Shown: in pieces, positions 1 to 11,453 of the stretch
How the letters are laid out: every line of letters starts with the position of its first letter
Numbering within the stretch: the first letter of the stretch is position 1
From: Eutreptiella sp. 'Long Island Sound 2002'
Lineage: Eukaryota > Protista > Euglenida
Direction: 5' to 3'
DNA: 64,000 bases
NCBI GenBank assembly: GCA_964036045.1
Contig: OZ038378.1
Coordinates: 8,866,001-8,930,000 of the forward strand
The notes under the pieces: generated by a model
The model's database searches: none
The model's input: only the letters and a program-made list of their open reading frames with translations
What the model was told of the DNA's origin: nothing
Translations under genes and position numbers: made by a program

Positions 1-89
1 GAAGAGTGGGTGCCTCGTCGTACGTCCACAAGATCATTCTCCGGTTTTCGCCTAAAACTCTTAACAAAGCATATGCATTTCATGTTGTT

Positions 90-587
90 TCACATGCCAT
101 GGTGCCCACCCTGCCCTGCCCATTGTCGTCCCTGGTCGTACCACAGCTTGACTGTATGTAAAGGTATGACATGCAACAGGTTTCGTGCCTTGAACCGCAC
201 CCGTATGTGCATCCACCACCACCCCCATCTATATTTCTTGAAGCCACACCCTTGGATAATACATCGGACATTAGCCTCTAAAGATCTGAGCGACCCATGT
301 AGCTGGAATGTCTTATGTGTTAGGGCAGGAATCATAGATTGTAACACAGATGGGCAGTTTGGCGACCAAGGGTCAGGCCAGCGCTGCCAGAGCCGCACAG
401 CAGGTCCCATGCCATGGCATATAGGCACCCCCTTTATACACATGTCAAAGCAGGGCTCAGTAAGCAGGCGGGTGTCACACCAATCGGCAGCTACTCCTGT
501 GGTTTCCCACTTCATTGGTATGTCATAGATGGCATGGTGCAGAATTTCAACAAACAGAGCAACTACTCCTGTCTTGTTTGTCTGCAA
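90..587 (-). mobile_element. C-terminal fragment of a Penelope-like reverse transcriptase (relic)
   Basis: RWPDPWSPNCPSVLQSMIPAL...EANVRCI...KKYRWGWW aligns with the C-terminus of the 846-1955 RT (RYPDAHAPKAKGTLKSLVPTL...QQNVNLI...KGYPHSWW). Confidence 0.55.
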
Positions 588-845
588 AACCCAGTGTCCT
601 CTTCAGTGGCACACAAGCACAGCACAAAGCGCCTGGAAGGCCATAGGATCCATTTTCTCTGCGGTGAAACAGTGCAGGATCAACTTTCAGTACGCTGTGA
701 ACTCTGCCCTGCTGTGTGGTGCAGTGCTGGTTCAGTGCAAGTGGGCAAACAGCAAAATCGGTCTGCAGAATGTGACTGTGCACTGTGGTGCTGTGTCTCA
801 GTCTGTCATTGTATGCATGCACACAATTCGACTCTCACTTTATTG

Positions 846-2366
846 TTACGTGCTTGGTGACAGTCCCCACTTTCGCAAGCTTTTGTGTAGCAGGGGTGTC
901 CACCAGGAGTGTGGGTAACCTTTGATAGCCAAGTCGGCGGTGATGAGGTTGACATTCTGTTGTGCATCTGCCCTAGTGTCTCTATAATATCCTGAATTTT
1001 TTGCCAGTGTGGGTACGAGGGATTTCAGCGTCCCTTTGGCCTTTGGTGCATGGGCATCAGGATAGCGCATGAGGAACTGGTGTGGGGCTGTGTGTTTGAG
1101 GCTTTTGTCTGCCAAGCGGAGACACACACGGGGTGGATGATGGGCTGGGTTTTGGGGCTCCATAGTCATGTCTCCCTGCAGGGTGATCCAGTGGTCACCC
1201 CCCCCCTCCCATTGGAGGTCCAGGTTGTAGATACCTTCAAACGTCGCTTGCAGCAAATCTACTGGGGTGTCAGCAAACATAATGCCATTTATGTTATCTC
1301 GGAATCGCCCCGGTGTGGCAGGTAGGTGACATGGATGTGTGGTGAGTGGGGCTGCAGGTGCAAAGGGTAAATACAGTGGAAAATACAGGTGCTCACTGAG
1401 CATGCATTTGGCACTGGCCAGCTGTGAGGAGCAGGGTCCTCCTATCGCCAGGCCTCGTTTTTGACGGAGAACCCAGTTGGAAAACACAAAGGCATCATTA
1501 CAGAATATGTCAAAATAGACATAGCGGAGCACTTGGTGAATGTCGATGTTCTGGTACAAATCTGGACTACCTGATCCTATTCTATCAAGTTTGTGATCTA
1601 TTCGATTCACTGCAAAACGAAGTAGCCCTCTCTGCGGTCTTCCCCGTGGTCCTGGAGCCTGGGCCACTAAAGCAGCAATAGTGGAGATGGACGTCCAGAC
1701 ATCATTTCTATCAAGGGAAGGGAACATAGCCTTTATGTCCAATTCAAAGAGTGCGACAGGTCTATTCAGGTCACCCTGTTGCCACTGTTCACATAGTTGG
1801 TGGTTCCACAGACGGACGGTGGGCAGGAGGTCTTTGCGGTGAGGCATTTCTAGTGTGTTCAGGACACGAGCACCCTCGGTTATGAGCATCTGGAGGCAGC
1901 GGCTTATGTGGCGACCTCGCGCGCGCAGGGGGTGGCGGTAATGTGAAAAAACCAATCTAGTCTTTCAATCTATGGGGCGTAGGGGCGATAGCAGTCTAGG
2001 GGCAGTACCCCAGTGGTCAGGGAGGTGACCTGGATGGTCTACAAGGCGGTAGATTAACGTGCTGAGGCGCCAATGCAATCTGTCCCACGGCTCGAAGCGC
2101 GTGGTGTGCAGGATTTGTCGGTTAGCCCACAATAGCATAAAGGAGTTGGCCACACAAAGGGACCAGAATGCCGGTATGTCACTGAGATATGGCCATATGG
2201 CAACCCTCCAGAGGTGAGCAGGGAGCACATCAATGCAGAAGGGCTGTGGGGGCACGCGCCAGTTTTTCAGTTCGTCAAGCTTGTTTTTTGGGACATCGCG
2301 GACTGTGGGGGGGCCTTTCTTTTTCCCGTCCACCCAGTGGCGGTCCACCCCGTGTAGTGCAGCCAT
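846..2366 (-). mobile_element. Penelope-like element reverse transcriptase, pseudogenised
   Basis: Motifs LDIKAMFPSL, DAFVF...RQKRGLAIGGPCSSQLA and RFRDN at the YxDD position. ORFs 1965-2366 and 846-1955 are in the same frame, split by one TGA at 1965-1967. Confidence 0.75.
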
Positions 2367-2405
2367 ATCTTATGATGTGTCGCATTGCCCATGCGCGCGC
2401 ATCAC

Positions 2406-3852
2406 TGAGGTGTTGGCACTGGCTGCCATGTGTTGTGAGGGCATGGGGGGAGTTGAAAAGGGGGTTTGAGGTGTTGGCACTAGGTGAAATGTGTTTTCAG
2501 GGCAAGGGGGGAGTTAAAAAGGGGGTGTGAGGTGTTGGCACTGGGTGACATGTGTTTTGAGGGCATGGGGGCAGTTGAAGAGGGGGTTTGGGGTGTTGGC
2601 ACTGGGTGAAATGTGTTTTGAGGGCATGGGGGGAGTTGAAAAGGGGGTTCGAGGTGTTGACACCGGGTGAAATGTGTCTTCAGGGCATGGGGGGAGTCGA
2701 AAAGGGTGTTTGAGGTGTCTAGGGTGTTGGCACTAGGTGAATTGTGTTTTGAGGGCATGGGGGGAGTTGAAGAGGGGGTTTGGGGTGGTGGCACTGGGTG
2801 GAATGTGTTTTCAGGGCATGGGGGCAGTTGGAAAGGGGGTTTGAGGTGTTGGCACTGAATGAAATGTGTTTTCAGGGCATGGGGGTAGTTGAAAAGGGTG
2901 TTGGAGGTGTTGGCACTGGCTGCCATGTGTTTTGAGGGCGTGGGGGGAGTTGAAAAGGGGGTTTGAGGTGTTGGCACTGAATGAAATGTGTTTTCAGGGC
3001 ATGGGGGTAGTTGAAAAGGGTGTTGGAGGTGTTGGCACTGGCTGCCATGTGTTTTGAGGGCATGGGGGCAGTTGAAAACGGGCGTGAGGTGTGGGCACCG
3101 GGTGAATTGTGTTTTGAGGGCATGGGGAAAGGTGGAAAGGGGGTTACAGGTGTTGGCACTGGGTGAGATGTGTGTTGAGGGCATGGGGGCAGTTGAAAAG
3201 GGTGTTTGAGGTGTTGGCATTGGGTGAAATGTGTTTTCAGGGCATGGGGGGAGTTGAAAAGGGGGTTCGAGGTGTTGGCACTGGGTGAAATGTGTGTTGA
3301 GGGCTTGGGGGCAGTTGTAAAGGGTGTTTGAGGTGTTGGCACTGGGTGAAATGTGTTTTCAGGGCATGGGGAGAGGTGGAAAGGGGGTTACAGGTGTTGG
3401 CACTGGCTGCCATGTGTGTTGAGGGCATGGGGGCAGTTGAAAAGGGTGTTTGAGGTGTTGGCACTGGGTGAAATGTGTTTTCAGGGCATGGGGGGAGTTG
3501 AAAAGGGGGTTTGAGGTGTTGTCACCAGGTGAAACGTGTTTTCAGGGCATGGGGGCAGTTCAAAAGGGTGTTTGAGGTGTTGGCACTGGGTGAAATGTGT
3601 TTTCAGGGCATGGGGGGAGTTGAAAAGGGGGTTCGAGGTTTTGGCACTGGGTGAAATGTGTTTTGAGGGCATGGGGTTATTTGAAAACGGGGTTTGAGGT
3701 GTTGGCACTAGGTGAAATGCGTTTTGAGGGCATGGGGGGAGTTGAACAGAGGGCGTGAGGTGTGGGCACTAGGTGAAATGTGTTTTCAGGGCAAGGGGGG
3801 AGTTGAAAAGGGGGTTTGAGGTGTTGGCACTGGGTGAAATGTGTTTTCAGGG
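2406..3852. repeat. G-rich 61-bp minisatellite, about 23-24 copies
   Basis: Unit GGCATGGGGGCAGTTGAAAAGGGGGTTTGAGGTGTTGGCACTGGGTGAAATGTGTTTTCAG; period 61 measured at 2407/2468/2529 and 3208/3269. Confidence 0.97.
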
Positions 3853-3867
3853 CCGCGCATTGGCCAC

Positions 3868-4860
3868 ATGTTGCTTATTCCCATCTTCAGTTGGCCAGTC
3901 AAACCGAAGCCTGCAGGGGATCCTACAACGTTCGACGTTCGCTGGTTGCTGATTGCGTCACCGGATAGCTGGTCGAGAAAGGTATAATTCCCTCATTACG
4001 TCCGCTCTTTGCGCGAGGCCTCGCGCAATAACTTCTCCCTCATTCATCCCGCAGATTCCGAATTATCTGACGTTTGGACCTACTCAAGTAGAGGAGATGG
4101 ATCCTGTTGAATTTGGCGGTCACCTTCCGATAACGACGGTTATGTGGTATTTCGACACTCACCTCTTTCACCTGAAGCAGGATAAGAGCTTCAAGCCTGC
4201 GTTTGTGTTCATTGATCATCAGCCGGATCTGGTGTGCAAGATCGCGGCCATCGAGCCGGATTCTCGCATGTACCTTCTTGGTGTTACCTCCGACAATCTC
4301 TCCGATTGGGTCAACAGAGTGCAGACTCAGTTGAACCATGTATAGACACAAGAGTCGAAACTGCACGCATCTGGTGATTGGGACCAGCAAGCCAACGGGG
4401 CAAACCGTGGTATTCCCCTTTGGGTTCGCGATGACAAGGTGGGTTCTGATGCGTTGTCGCTGAAGGAGGAAGAGACTGTTGAGAAAGGTCAAGCTGCAGA
4501 AGCACTGGCCCCTGCAAAGCGGAAGTCTACTGGTGGGGAACCAGCCCCCAAGAAGAAGAAGACTGCCTCCAAGCCTCAGGCAGCGAAGTCGGTTACCGGT
4601 GCAGAATCCGACGAGAGCGATGGGGATGAAGAGGAGGAGAGCGAGGAAGAAGAGGAGGAGGAAGTGCAGGTCTCCCAGGGCAAGGCAGCGAAGAAAGTGG
4701 CAGCGAAGCCGAGGTCCGAGGAAACCGGGGCCCGAGCTCCATTCAAGCAGCCAGCCCGTCAGTCCCAACCAAGAAGCGCGCCCGCAAAGCCACCGCCTAA
4801 GGGTAACACGTCCGTTGCTAAGGCACTGGGTTCTAAGATGCAAACTGTTCCGAAGAAAAA
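3868..4860 (+). pseudogene. Spliced hypothetical protein (globular N-part plus K/E-rich low-complexity tail) interrupted by one in-frame TAG
   Basis: Exon 3868(or 3891)-3980, GT-AG intron 3981-4053, exon 4054-4860 with donor GTAATT. ORFs 3953-4345 and 4439-4864 are in the same frame, separated only by TAG 4343-4345. Confidence 0.5.
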
Positions 4861-5362
4861 GTAATTTCTTCGCTTGTTCTCATATATTATGCGCGAGGGC
4901 TCGCGCTATGCATTCCTCTTCGCCGACCTTTATGCTGTCACCTTGTGCGGCACATTTTTCTCTGTGATGCATTTTATTGCGCTGTTGTGTTGGTGTTTGC
5001 GCGAGGCCTCGCGCAAAGAAGGGGTGCCAAAAAATGCTTCCTGTCGTGCAGCGTGCAACATGGTTTTTGAAAACTGGTTTTCCAAAAGATTGAAAGCTCA
5101 CGGGTGTTTTTATTGTAAAGCATAAGTGGTATAGGAAACAAAAAGTCGTGGTTTTCCCAAAAAAGAACTTCATTTTGGTGGAAAGAAATCATTTTCCCGG
5201 GCAGTCGGTTTTGTTGAAAATAAAGGAATATGGACCAGTTAATTGCTTTTCACGGGATTTTTGGTTCTTGTGTTTTACGTCCCCCCCAAAAGGACTATTT
5301 TTTCGCAGTGCCGTGGAGAGGCAGTTTTGGGCGCATTTTGACCATGCAACTTGAGCCGCCTA

Positions 5363-5520
5363 AGGCATGGGGGGAGTTGAAAAGGGGGTTTGAGGTGTTG
5401 GCACCAAGTGAAATGTGTTTCCAGGGCATGGGGGCGGTTGAAAAGGAGATTTGAGGTGTTGGCACTGGGTGAAATGTGTTTTGAGGGCATGGGGGCAGTT
5501 GAAAAGGGGGTTCGAAGCCC
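5363..5520. repeat. Further copies (about 2.5) of the 61-bp minisatellite
   Basis: Same unit as 2406-3852. Confidence 0.9.
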
Positions 5521-5959
5521 CCTCCCCCCCGGGGTGGGGTGGGACTTTGTGGGGGCCCTTGGCTGTATCGAGCCAGTGCCACTTCTTTCTTTCTTCTGTT
5601 GCAGGTTCCATGTAACATGTTTATTTATGGTGTGTTTAAATGGCATTGCATATCACGTGTGCATGCCCCACGCCCATAAAGGGGCTAGGATGCTTTGTCG
5701 TTTGTGCTGGATGCGAAGGGGGCAACGCTAGAACCCCACAGTTCCTCTGTCTGCCCCACGCCCATAAAGGGGTTACGATGTTTTGTCGTTTGTGCTGGAG
5801 TTGGGTACGTGGGTGGGTGGGTGGGTGGTCGGGTGGGTGTCAGACCCACCCCCCCCCCCCCCGGGGGGATGGGACATTTGTCGGTCTGTGGGTATGCCAA
5901 AATTCTGGGCGGGTGGATCCCTGAATTGACCCCTCCCACCCCTCGGAATCCTCGGAATC

Positions 5960-8900
5960 CTGTCCACTGTAGGTATCTAACGCACTGGACAAAAGTCAAA
6001 AACTCGGCATCCTTACTACCGGGGAGAGGGCATGGGATGGACAGAGCCGGGGTTGTACCATCACCCCAGCATAGTATTGCGGCTGAGCTTGTCGGGAGAT
6101 CATCCCAAGAGCCATCTAAATAAACCCTGAGCCACTGCGCTGCTCCGGGATGAGACCGGGCTTTTAAGACACTTGCGCATCCCAACTCGGAGAGCGAGGG
6201 AACTTGTCGGTTGCGGTGGAGGTCCGAAATAATGGAAGATGTGTCCATAAGGACTGAACTCGATAAACTGAGATGAATAGGGGAACGGGGGATGTATGTC
6301 GCGGTACGTCTTACGGACCATTATAATGTTAAGTTCGGGTAAGGAGGAAGTGGGGGTGGGACTGAAAGCATGGAGGGAGGCAGGGCTAGGTGTCGATGAG
6401 GGGAGGGTGCATCAGGTTAGGGTTGGGGTAGGAGGTGCAGCGAAAAATTGTGCTGCCAATCTTTGATGTGGAATTCAGTTGAATCGACATCGAATTTGAC
6501 AAGAGCACCGTTGGCCTGTACGTCGTGCTTGAGAGTTGTGTCTGTGTACCATCTTGTATTGAATTCTACATACATTTTTTCTCCGGGTTTCAGGTGGGAC
6601 ATAGGACAAGGGCTCCAGGGGCCAAAGCCGTGGCATCTGCCCCCAAGGGAGATGGTGGATTCAACAAACTTGACGTGCAGCCAATTTTCTTTGGGAGCTT
6701 TGAGTGCTTGCTGTACAAAATGGTTTTTTTTTTAATGTTCTTAACCGCATCAACTTGTTCTGGGGCTGACGTGCTGTACAAAATGGTTGGATTGGGTAGG
6801 CCCATCGCCATTAAGGTACCTTATGGAGTACTTGTACACTTGGGAATGCATAAAGGTCTGGAAAGGGACGAGCTTAGGTGAGATGTGCCGATCCTTTGGA
6901 GACATGGCTCTGGGTAGTTTGCAATATTTACACAAATTGTACCAGGTGGACTACCGGAGAGAGTTTAACTGTGTGTTAGTCACCGGTTCTGCAAGGAGGC
7001 GGTACGCCGGAGTGGGGTATGCACAATTAATTCCTTGACGGTCAGAGGGAGTGGGGCTAAGCGAGCAAAAAAAGAGTTGATGGTCGCTTTAACATATTGC
7101 AACACTTGATGAGAATGACCAGTAGTGTAAAAATACGCGCCTAGCTATTTGTATACTTGATGCGGGGTACCGTCAAGTTGGAACGTAGACAAAACCCCTC
7201 CCTACCGAGAGTGGACCATTGTGTCAATTGAGCCACGGAGCATGTGGAGCTGTATCTTACCTATGTCAAGGCACGTGCCGGGCCATCAAATGCCTTGTAC
7301 GCTGCGTTGATGTCTTGGATGGATCTGGCGCGGAGGAGTATGTCATGTACAAAAGCATGGATGCTACACTCTAATCTCCGGTTCATGAACTAGTCCATGT
7401 GCAAGAACATAAGGTTAAGGTATAGTATGAATAGTAGAGGACTAAGGGGGCATCCTTGGCGGACTCCCCTCCGTTGCAGGTGGCCCCCAGCAGGTACACC
7501 GTCAACAAGGGACTGATGCACTGCGTGTATGTACATGCATTGAATAGAGGATAAAAGGGTGTCCATGAGTCTATAGCCACGGATGGGTTGCCAAAATGCT
7601 GCCAAGGGGACAAAAATGAAGGCTTTATTAAAATCAATATAAAGATCGTAAAGCCTCTATTTAGGAATTAACATCCGGAACACAACGCCGTAAATGTGGT
7701 CCCCGCATGTGTATTTTGTTTGGCCGCCATGCTGAGAGGGGTGGATTAACTTGTGTGTCTGTGTAAGGTTAGTCAAGATGGAGCATTGCCAAGCAGCCGA
7801 CAGTTTAACGAGCGTTTGAACTAGGCATATGGGCCTATAATTTGTCGGTTGGTGTTTCTTCCCTTTTTGAAAGAGGAGGCACACACTGTAGCCTAGGAGG
7901 GGGGGGGGGGCTCGAAGGAGGATGTGATGAATTGCAGAAAGAAGGACTTACTCTAGCTCAGGAGGAAGTAAAGATACGAGGTAGTAATTGATTTCGTCCT
8001 CACTTGTTGCCTTTGCCGGATGGGCTCTTTGTGTGCTGGTCTGTAGGCACTTAAAAAGGGGAGGGGGTCATCCGCGATCTCACGTGCGCACCTCGGAAGG
8101 TTGCAGATGAAGTCACACAGTCTGCTATCGTTGACTTGAACGTCCAGATCGCCCCCCAACCCCTCCAGGCACTTTGAGAACATGTTCCCCATTCGATAGG
8201 GCTCTGTTTTGAGCCTCGGCGGATTGCAACTGCTGTCAATGAGTTGGATAGAGGAAGCTTGCGCGGGGATGGGGGCTTTGTGGACAGCCCTTTTGATGTT
8301 GGCTCCCTTGACCATTGAATAATGGATTTTGCGCTTTTCCCTTTTGTGCTGTTTGTCCTTTCATTTTTGGTTAAGCGTTTGAAGGTGTTTCAGAACTTGA
8401 GATTTCTCCTGCTGATTGGAGGGCAGCCCGGACAGTAGGTTTTTGAACTCTCACTCCACGGACGTTTGGCGGGATTCCTCATGGGGGCGTGTCATATTGT
8501 GAAATGCTTGGGTTATATGGGGCACCACGGTATTGTTGACCCAACTCAGCAGGAGGTCGGGGGTCACCTAGAAATTGGGAAGCGAAGAGGCTCATTGACT
8601 GATGGGTTTGATTGTCTCATCAAGCTGCAACTCTTCTGCTCTTGTAAGATGTCTGAAGAGGCTGTGGGGTGGGGGCAGGGGGTGAACCGGGCTGAATGGA
8701 CGGCTGAGAGAGGTACACATAGGGTGGTTGTCAAAGGACCTGTGCTGTTGGAGAATAGTGGCATCTTGCAGTTGTAAAGAGGGGGTGGTGATTAAGAGTT
8801 GAGAAAACAGGATCAGATCGATGCGTGTGTCACAAAAAAAAAGTGCATTGCGATAACGGGTGAATGTGATGGCGTCGTTATGGAGTGAGCGGAAAGGGTC

Positions 8901-9180
8901 AATGGCGTCTTTCTTCTCCTAAATGAGGGAAGTCAGCCAGTGCCACCTGTTGACAGTGTATCTTCCACAGTGAAGATTTTTTGTTGGGTTTTGAGCAGCC
9001 CTTCAGTTTTTTACTCTGCTTTGGACCTATTGTAGCGAAGTGCGACAGACGTCGCGTAGTTGTTCGTTGAGTCTCCTTCAATTTTGATTTGAAGACAACC
9101 TCAATAGTTGTTTCTTGCCGCGGCAGCTGAGAGTTTCAGGTAATTCACCCACAGAGTGAGCGCGAAGCTTTTCCAAAAAA
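5960..9180 (-). mobile_element. Decayed non-LTR retrotransposon (APE endonuclease - RT - RNase H)
   Basis: TRIDLILFS (about 8805-8830, APE); KGKKHQPTNYRPICL and HPSQHGG (7657-7884); RGVRQGCPLSPLLF (about 7430-7480); AFVHD for FVDD (about 7340); RVYLDGSW...KDAEF RNase H (about 5970-6140); many stops and frameshifts. Confidence 0.85.
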
Positions 9181-11341
9181 AAGTGTTTCTATAGGGCACC
9201 CCATAGAGCCGGCACACCCCATAGGGCCCGGTGACCTGTGGACAAAGCGTACTATAAGTGTACTATTGGGTGCCCGAGTTCATTATTGCTGTACTATTAA
9301 GTGCCCAAGTTCACTATTAATGTACTATTAGGTGCCCGAGTCCACTAGCAAAAAACAACCTATGATACATAAATTCCAGCGAAAACGAAAAGCCAGGCCA
9401 CACGGAACAAAAAGAGCAAACCCAACAAAAAATCAACGTTCCAAAGAAAACAGACGGGTCAAAGCGATGGAGGAAACAAACAGGATCCAAGAAATCAGAA
9501 CCCAAATAGAGTATTTCGGCCCTTAATCAATTAGGGCTACAAATCACGGAGCCCAAAGATAGCCCACCACAGAAAAACCTAGAAGATTTCCAATGGCCAG
9601 GTTCCATATAGTTCCAAAGTAAACCACGGCAATTGAGATTCGCATAGTACTTATTTTATTCATTGGACTTCGGACTAGCAGTGCCTTTATTTAAAAAAAA
9701 ACAGGACCATATTCCAACAGATGTACTTGTGAATCAGCAAAGCCTTCCCGGCCAGCAAAAGAAGACACATGGCACGGCATTCCCTAACTCATTGTGAGCA
9801 TTTTCAATGTAAACAACTGGGGGGGAATCAAGTGTTTTGCAAATTTTCCAGGCTCAAAAAATTCTCTGGGCGCCGCTAGCACCCAAGTTGCCAGTTCTAA
9901 CCAAGTGCTGACTAGATGGGTTGGGGCGTCCAGAGGGGGGGGAAGGGGAAGGTTGGTGTCAGGCCTCACAGGTAAGCGCCCCCCATGTAAAAACGGCCAG
10001 GTCAATCTGATAACATCCAGTGATGTAATTTGCACTGTGGATTGTGGCACACCCTTGCATGATTTCTGGCTGCCTGAATACATATCCAAGCTGGCGTCCA
10101 AAATCTGTAACACACTGCTGTTGGCTCCACCAAACTCTGTCCTACTGTCAAACTCAACCCATTCTGGTCTGGCAACAACACTGTGAGAAAGCATCAACCC
10201 ACCATCTGTATTCACTGGACAGAAATATCCGCCATCTGACTAGCGTTGGTTGCAAAGAAAAAATTCTAGACATGCATAGCATCCCCATATCACAGACACA
10301 CTGACCTACTAAAAGCAGTCATCAAATAGACAACACAGCGGAACACTTGGAAATCATCCATTCAAATGTGTACTTGCAATTTGCGCAGTATACTCCTGTC
10401 CCCTCAAAACTTCCAAAAAATCAGTCCTACGATGGACACAATCAGATGACAGATGACACTGTCATATGTCATATGACAGTGTATCACCTGCATGGACCTG
10501 CATGGGTACGTATGTGTGCATATATATATGTGCGCCTTCAAGCAGGTTGCCAGTGCAAAGCAGGGCACGCAATCCGACCCTGTCTGCTGTTCAGCCTGTG
10601 CCTGTGTCTGAACCAGTCAAAAGTGGTAGCACTACGCTTCACTTGCACGCAGATGATGGGAGAACAGCCTCGCATTGTGCTACAATCCGCTGAAACTTGA
10701 GGTCCTGTTGTAAAAGAAGGTCAAAAAAACCACTGGAGCCCTCTGAAGGGACAACATCTGTTCCTGCCTGAGGGGGGATGTTTGCCCGGCGCGCTACTTT
10801 TGTTTTTTACTATCCTGACTGTAACCCCGGATTTACCCTCCCCTAGAGGAGCCCCCCAAGGCGGCTAGAGTGGACCGCAAACCTTCCCTACAAAGCACAG
10901 TACATAAAGCGAAATGGAGAAATTCAACATCAATGTGCATTACTCATGTATTGGTGAAATAACAATTTGTTCCCCACAAGTACTTGGCACTCACCACAAG
11001 CTGTGATGGTGGCACGCTTCTGACAACACAAGACACACACATTTGCCTCATCCTCTCCTTCATCTTGCATGGTGGCCGGGTTGCTTTTATCAGTCCAAAC
11101 ATTATGCAGGACATGGTCCCATGGTCCATAACGAAGGTGACAGACCTGCCTCTGAATGCAAAATTGCGTGAAATGCAACAAAAGAAACACAGACTGGTGC
11201 AACTCATCAAGGCCGCCACGCCAGATGTGCCACAACTGTTCAAACAGATGCTCAATGTGTTCCCATGCACATCATTGTACGACTGTTGCCGGGCCGTCAA
11301 AGTTCCATTCTTTATTCCAATGAAAGTAAAAGCAGGGGTCG

Positions 11342-11453
11342 GTCCATATCCCCAACCGGAAAGGGGCCAGTCCATATCCCCTACTGGAAAGGGGCCAGTC
11401 CATATCCCCAACTGGAAAGGGGCCAGTCCATATCCCCGACCGGAAAGGGGCCA
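11342..11453. repeat. 28-bp tandem repeat, 4 copies
   Basis: GTCCATATCCCC(A/T/G)AC(C/T)GGAAAGGGGCCA at 11342, 11370, 11398, 11426. Confidence 0.95.

Noticed and set aside
2406-3852. CRISPR array, or the ORFs 2480-3708
   Set aside because: Units are contiguous with no unique spacers; the ORFs are translations of the satellite
4343-4345. Stop-codon reassignment (TAG as sense)
   Set aside because: None of the roughly 1220 CPS-like codons is an in-frame TAG, TAA or TGA, so the standard code fits
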